64,000 bases of DNA, from NCBI GenBank assembly GCA_045595645.1, contig JAZOAV010000040.1, forward strand, positions 82 to 64,081, in the 5' to 3' direction. The notes beneath the pieces are model-generated. The model was not told the origin of the DNA. It ran no database searches and worked only from the letters and a program-made list of their open reading frames with translations. The stretch is from Faecousia sp. GTDB lineage: Bacteria > Bacillota > Clostridia > Oscillospirales > Oscillospiraceae. Numbering within the stretch: the first letter of the stretch is position 1; the number at the start of each line of letters is the position of its first letter. Of this stretch, positions 59,378 through 64,000 are shown in pieces. Made by a program: the position numbers and the translations under genes.

Positions 59378-60751
59378 ATGTCTGAACATAATATCAGTAT
59401 TGCAACGACCCTTTCCGCACTCATTGAAGAGCGGAAGTATGCCACGGTGCGGGACATCCTTACCACCATGAATCCCTCGGACATTGCCTATGTCTTTGCC
59501 GAGTTAGAGGAGGAACGCCTGCCCCTGTTTTTCCGTCTGCTGCCCAAGGAGCTGGCGGCAGAAACCTTTGTTGAAATGGAACCCGATGCGCAGGAGCTTT
59601 TGATCCGCGGCTTCTCCGATGCCGAGCTGCGGGAAGTGCTCTCGGAAATGTATGTTGACGATGCGGTAGATGTGATTGAGGAAATGCCCGCCAATGTGGT
59701 GCGGCGCATTTTATCACAGGCCGACCATGAAATGCGGCGGGAAATCAACGAAATTCTCCGCTACCCGGAACATTCCGCAGGCTCCATTATGACCACGGAA
59801 TATGTGTCCCTGCGCCCCGCCATGACGGTGGAGGAAGCGATTTTGCGGATTCGCCGCACAGGTGTGGACAAGGAAACCATCTACACCTGCTATGTCACAA
59901 AAGACAGAACCCTTTTGGGCTTGGTCACAGTCAAAGACCTGCTCTTGGCCGAGGATGACGAAATGACCATCTCCGAGCTCATGGAAACCAATGTCATCTC
60001 CGTCAACACCCACACGGATCAGGAAGAAGTGGCGCAGATGTTCTCCCACTACAACTTCTTGGCATTCCCCGTGGTGGATGCGGAGTACCGCATGGTGGGT
60101 ATCGTCACCTTCGACGATGCCATGGATGTCATGGAAGACGAGGCCACGGAGGACATCGAAAAGATGGGCGGTATGCTGCCCTCGGAGCGTTCCTATCTCC
60201 GTTCCTCTGTCTTTGAGCTGTTCAAAAACCGTATTTTCTGGCTCCTGTTCCTCATGGTGTCATCCACCTTCACAGGAATGATCATCACCGGCTTTGAAAG
60301 TGCGCTTGCGGCACAAGTGGTACTGACCACCTTTATTCCCATGCTCATGGGCACCGGCGGTAACTCCGGCTCCCAGTCCTCCGTCACCATCATCCGTGCC
60401 CTATCCTTGGGCGAGGTGGAATTTTCCGACTTGTGGCGGGTGGTTTGGAAGGAAATTCGGGTGTCCGTGCTGTGCGGCGTGGCTCTGTCGCTGGCCTGCT
60501 TTGCCAAACTTATGCTCATTGACCGCATGCTCCTCGGCAACCCTGAAGTGACCGTTATGGTGGCAATGGTGGTCTGCTTCACCATGGCTCTGACGGTGCT
60601 GGCAGCCAAGGTGGTAGGTGCCGTCCTGCCCCTGTTCGCCAAAAAGCTGGGCCTCGACCCTGCGGTTATGGCAAGCCCCTTTATCACCACCATCGTCGAT
60701 GCTCTCTCCCTGCTGGTCTACTTCGGCGTCGCCAATTCCCTTCTGTTATAA
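59378..60751 (+). CDS. mgtE: Magnesium transporter MgtE
   Basis: MgtE_N, CBS pair (AGSIMTTEY), GTGGNSGSQ, DPAVMASPFITTIVD. Confidence 0.96.
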   Translation: MSEHNISIATTLSALIEERKYATVRDILTTMNPSDIAYVFAELEEERLPLFFRLLPKELAAETFVEMEPDAQELLIRGFSDAELREVLSEMYVDDAVDVIEEMPANVVRRILSQADHEMRREINEILRYPEHSAGSIMTTEYVSLRPAMTVEEAILRIRRTGVDKETIYTCYVTKDRTLLGLVTVKDLLLAEDDEMTISELMETNVISVNTHTDQEEVAQMFSHYNFLAFPVVDAEYRMVGIVTFDDAMDVMEDEATEDIEKMGGMLPSERSYLRSSVFELFKNRIFWLLFLMVSSTFTGMIITGFESALAAQVVLTTFIPMLMGTGGNSGSQSSVTIIRALSLGEVEFSDLWRVVWKEIRVSVLCGVALSLACFAKLMLIDRMLLGNPEVTVMVAMVVCFTMALTVLAAKVVGAVLPLFAKKLGLDPAVMASPFITTIVDALSLLVYFGVANSLLL

Positions 60752-60754
60752 GAA

Positions 60755-60788
60755 AACCTCCCGTTGTAAACCCACAACGGGAGATTTG
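60755..60788 (+). terminator. Terminator after mgtE
   Basis: CTCCCGTTGT..ACAACGGGAG followed by ATTTG. Confidence 0.6.
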
Positions 60789-60878
60789 TCTGTCGTCCAA
60801 CGCACCTCTTGGGAATTGACAATGGAGAATTGACAATGATTATGTACCACCGACATGATATCATCTTCTTAAAAATCC

Positions 60879-60904
60879 GTAGGGGTCGATGCCCACATCG
60901 ACCC
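60879..60904 (+). repeat. GTAG REP
   Basis: GTAGGGGTCGATGCCCACATCGACCC. Confidence 0.8.
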
Positions 60905-61011
60905 GTGTACGCACCATCGACACGCACCGCACCATGCCCCCCTTTGAAAGGCAATGCCGTGCTGCCCTTTTGTGAACCTGAACGCAAAACCCGATTGGAG
61001 GAACAAATTCC

Positions 61012-61668
61012 ATGAAAAACTACATTTTGCGTGGGCTGACGGTTATTCTCCTGTTCTGTCTGACCGCCTGCAACCAAAGCACACCCCCGCCCACCACGGA
61101 GCTGCCCACAAACACTCCCGTTTCCGCAACTGTTTCCACAAGCACGGAGATCGCTCCCCTTTTGACGGATATTCCCTATGTAGAGGAGCTATCCCTACTA
61201 TATAATATGGACGATGCAGGCAACGAATATATCTACCGTGTCCCCTTTGTCAATCTCCCCGGGGAGACTGCCGCCGCCGTAAATGCAGATTTGCAGGTGC
61301 AGCTCTCCTATGCTTCACTGGAAGCGGGCGAAATTCCCTATTCCGCCGTAGATTATCGCTGGAGCCTCCATGCGGATGTGCTGAGTCTGCTGATCGAGGC
61401 GCAAAAATTCGACGCCGCTCCCTCCTATTGGATCTACACTCTCAATGTGTCGGATTGCGAGGAAGCCAGCATACGGGAGATTGTTTCCACCGCCGGTTTC
61501 TCCATGGAGGACTACCAAGCCGCCCTGCAACAGGCAGTAGAACAAGCCGGTCTTTCCTTCAGCGAGGACGAGCGCAATGCCGCCATGCCCTTCTTCGACG
61601 AAAACGGCTGCCTCTGCGCCCTTCTCGCCCCAAGTAATCAGGGCCCTGTCCTGCTCTCCCTAACCTAA
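61012..61668 (+). CDS. Hypothetical lipoprotein
   Basis: LTAC lipobox, Pro/Thr linker; RBS GGAGG. Confidence 0.75.
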   Translation: MKNYILRGLTVILLFCLTACNQSTPPPTTELPTNTPVSATVSTSTEIAPLLTDIPYVEELSLLYNMDDAGNEYIYRVPFVNLPGETAAAVNADLQVQLSYASLEAGEIPYSAVDYRWSLHADVLSLLIEAQKFDAAPSYWIYTLNVSDCEEASIREIVSTAGFSMEDYQAALQQAVEQAGLSFSEDERNAAMPFFDENGCLCALLAPSNQGPVLLSLT

Positions 61669-61673
61669 TTCCC

Positions 61674-61702
61674 AAAAAAACCGCCGAAATCGGCGGTTTT
61701 TT
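61674..61702. terminator. Bidirectional terminator
   Basis: AAAAAAACCGCCG-AAAT-CGGCGGTTTTTT. Confidence 0.85.
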
Positions 61703-61719
61703 TGGTTCACAGCAAAGGT

Positions 61720-62628
61720 TCAGGCATTTTTCAAGTAGTCTTCTGCCATATATGCGGCAACGGCACCGTCGGAGGCGGCGGTGACGACCTGCCGCAGCAG
61801 CTTGCTACGCACATCTCCCGCCGCAAAGACACCGGCAAGATTCGTCTTGGTATCCTCACCCGCCGCAATGAATCCACTCTCGTCCAAGCGCACACTGCCA
61901 CGGAACAGCTCCGTATTGGGGCTTTGTCCCACGCTGACGAACAGGCCGTCGCAATCGATCTGCTCCGTTTCGCCTGTTTGCAGATTTTTCAGCACCAATC
62001 CCGTCAACCGTTTTTCGTACAACAGCTCAGAAACGGCACTGTTCCAGCGGAATTCCACACTCTCAGGCAGTGCATTCTGCTCGGCGCGGCTTGCACGCAA
62101 GCTGTCACGGCGATGCACCAGCACGACCCGCTTACTCAAGCGGGAAAGCACCTGTGCGGCTGCCACGGCGGTGTTTCCTCCGCCCACCACAACGACGGTC
62201 TTGTTGCGGTAGAACATGGCATCGCAGGTGGCGCAGTAATGTACGCCCCGCCCCGTCAGCTCCTCCTCGTGGGCAACGCCCAAATGCTTATGGGCTGCGC
62301 CGGTGGCGATAATGACAGTGCGAGCGGTAAAATCACCGCTGTCCGTGTGGGCAATTTTTTCGGGCTTATCCAATTCCACAGACAAAATTTCGGCAAATAC
62401 CGTCTTGGCTCCTGCCTGTTCCGCACCCTGCTTCATAGCCTGACCCAGAGAATAGCCGTCAATGCCCTCGGGTAACCCCGGGTAATTGTCAATCTGCTCC
62501 GTCAGGGTCATCTGACCGCCCACGCTCAACCGCTCCAAGAGCAGAGTGTGCAAACCCGCTCTTGCGGCATAGAGGGCAGCGGAGTAGCCCGCAGGCCCGC
62601 CGCCCAAAATCATCACATCGTACACCAT
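61720..62628 (-). CDS. trxB: Thioredoxin reductase
   Basis: GGGPAG, GVHYCATCD, VGGGNTA, FAAGDV. Confidence 0.95.
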   Translation of the reverse strand: MVYDVMILGGGPAGYSAALYAARAGLHTLLLERLSVGGQMTLTEQIDNYPGLPEGIDGYSLGQAMKQGAEQAGAKTVFAEILSVELDKPEKIAHTDSGDFTARTVIIATGAAHKHLGVAHEEELTGRGVHYCATCDAMFYRNKTVVVVGGGNTAVAAAQVLSRLSKRVVLVHRRDSLRASRAEQNALPESVEFRWNSAVSELLYEKRLTGLVLKNLQTGETEQIDCDGLFVSVGQSPNTELFRGSVRLDESGFIAAGEDTKTNLAGVFAAGDVRSKLLRQVVTAASDGAVAAYMAEDYLKNA

Positions 62629-62632
62629 AGGC

Positions 62633-62941
62633 TTACCCCAGCATGGCTAAGATCTGCGCCTTGGGACGGGCACCGGAGGTTTGCGCGGTGATTTCGCCTT
62701 CCTTAAACACGATCAGGGTAGGGATGGTGGTAATGTCGTAGCGTTCCGCCAATTCCTGTTCTTCGTCCACATTGATCTTGCAGACCTTAATATCGCTGCG
62801 CTCGGCGGCGATTTCGTCCAAAATGGGAAGCACCTGACGGCAGGGACCGCACCAGCTTGCCCAGAAATCCAGCAAAACGGGCTTGTCGCTGCAAAGCACC
62901 TCAGCTTCAAAGTTGTCACGGGTAATTCGGATGGGTTCCAT
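62633..62941 (-). CDS. trxA: Thioredoxin
   Basis: DFWASWCGPC, IPT; RBS AAGGAG. Confidence 0.96.
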   Translation of the reverse strand: MEPIRITRDNFEAEVLCSDKPVLLDFWASWCGPCRQVLPILDEIAAERSDIKVCKINVDEEQELAERYDITTIPTLIVFKEGEITAQTSGARPKAQILAMLG

Positions 62942-63069
62942 GAAAATCGCTCCTTTTCTATAAATTCTATCTTTATTATACCCTGTTTCGGTCAAAAAGC
63001 AAAGAAATTTTTTGTGAATTATTTATGACAAGTTTTTTAGAAAAAATACAAAAAACTTTGAAAAAGGGC

Positions 63070-63218
63070 TTGACAAAGCAGTTTTTTCTGCTATAATGTC
63101 TGAGGTTGCCAAAGACAGCAGGTGGTTTTACCCTAACCCTTACGGGCCTGCCGAGGTTACACAGAATTTTTTAACGAGATTTTTGTGTCCTCATGTCTTT
63201 TGGCATGAGGATTTTTTT
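63070..63218 (+). promoter_or_regulatory. Promoter plus L10 ribosomal leader and attenuator
   Basis: TTGACA N16 TATAAT; AAGACAGCAGG...CCTGCCGAGG L10-leader core; terminator TCCTCATG..CATGAGGA-T7. Confidence 0.85.
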
Positions 63219-63232
63219 CGGAGGTGACAACA

Positions 63233-63763
63233 TTGCCCAATATCAAGGTACTTGAAAGCAAGAAGGCAATTGTCGATGCTCTGACCGAAAAGCTGCAGAA
63301 CGCTACTTCCGCAGTTTTCGTCGATTACAAGGGCATCACTGTCGCACAGGATACCGCACTGCGTAACCAGTTCCGTGAAGCCGGTGTTGAGTATACCGTC
63401 GTGAAGAACACTCTGACTCGCTTCGCCGCCAACAAGGCCGGCTACTCCGAGTTCGATGAGCTGCTCAACGGCACCACTTCTCTCGCCGTCACTACCGGTG
63501 ACCCCATCGCTCCTGCTCGTATCATTTGCGAATTTGCCAAGAAGAACAAGAATGTTCTGAAAATCAAGGGCGGCCTCGTAGAAGGCTCCGTCCTGTCCGC
63601 TGACCAGCTCAAGGGCTTCGGCGAGCTTCCCTCCAAGGATGCTCTCATCGCTCAGGTCCTGGGCACCTTCCTGGCTCCCATCACCGCTCTGGCATTCGTC
63701 ATTGACCAGATCCGTGAGCAGAAGGCCGGCCCCGCTCCCGCAGAAGAAGCTGCGGAAGCCTAA
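63233..63763 (+). CDS. rplJ: 50S ribosomal protein L10
   Basis: DYKGITV, VVKNTL, LPSK; TTG start after GGAGGTG. Confidence 0.96.
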   Translation: MPNIKVLESKKAIVDALTEKLQNATSAVFVDYKGITVAQDTALRNQFREAGVEYTVVKNTLTRFAANKAGYSEFDELLNGTTSLAVTTGDPIAPARIICEFAKKNKNVLKIKGGLVEGSVLSADQLKGFGELPSKDALIAQVLGTFLAPITALAFVIDQIREQKAGPAPAEEAAEA

Positions 63764-63798
63764 TCATCAAAACATATTACTTTTAGGAGGATATTACC

Positions 63799-64000
63799 AT
63801 GTCTGAAAAGATCGCTGCTATCATCGAAACAGTTAAGGGCCTGTCCGTTCTGGAACTGGCTGAGCTCGTCCATGCTCTGGAAGATACCTTCGGCGTTTCT
63901 GCCGCTGCTGCTGCTGTTGCTGCTCCCGCTGCTGCCGCTGCTGAAGTGGAAGAGAAGACCGAATTCGACGTCATCCTGAAGGATTGCGGCGCTTCCAAGC
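63799..64000 (+). CDS. rplL: 50S ribosomal protein L7/L12 (runs off the window)
   Basis: [33 protein letters not shown]; RBS AGGAGG. Confidence 0.95.
   Translation, partial: MSEKIAAIIETVKGLSVLELAELVHALEDTFGVSAAAAAVAAPAAAAAEVEEKTEFDVILKDCGASK

Overview
Chromosomal, mostly housekeeping segment of a moderately GC-rich Clostridia-type anaerobe (gene content resembles Oscillospiraceae; this is inference). It carries aspS-hisS-dapB-dapA, rpsF-ssb-rpsR, SAM-I-controlled metK, envelope/polysaccharide genes (EpsG-like, GT2, MBOAT-DHHW, two tandem BY-kinases with a PHP phosphatase, LTA-synthase-like, two-component system), an oversized Opp peptide ABC system, a full glycogen operon, mgtE, trxAB and rplJ-rplL. 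Accessory DNA is a small AT-rich DUF3990/HTH/DUF2971 island and an AAA-ATPase cassette bounded by a duplicated terminator. The most striking signals are non-coding: a 160-bp rod-like element inserted in P3 of the metK SAM-I riboswitch (second copy between dapB and hisS); two 186-bp arrays of constant TCGATAT linkers plus hairpins whose differences spare the stems; an IS1-like MITE in a palindrome loop; many GTAG REPs; a candidate new attenuator (19448-19596); and a candidate leader peptide with anti-SD hairpin before mgtE. No rRNA, tRNA, CRISPR or intact transposase/integrase was seen. Family names come from motif recognition, not database searches.
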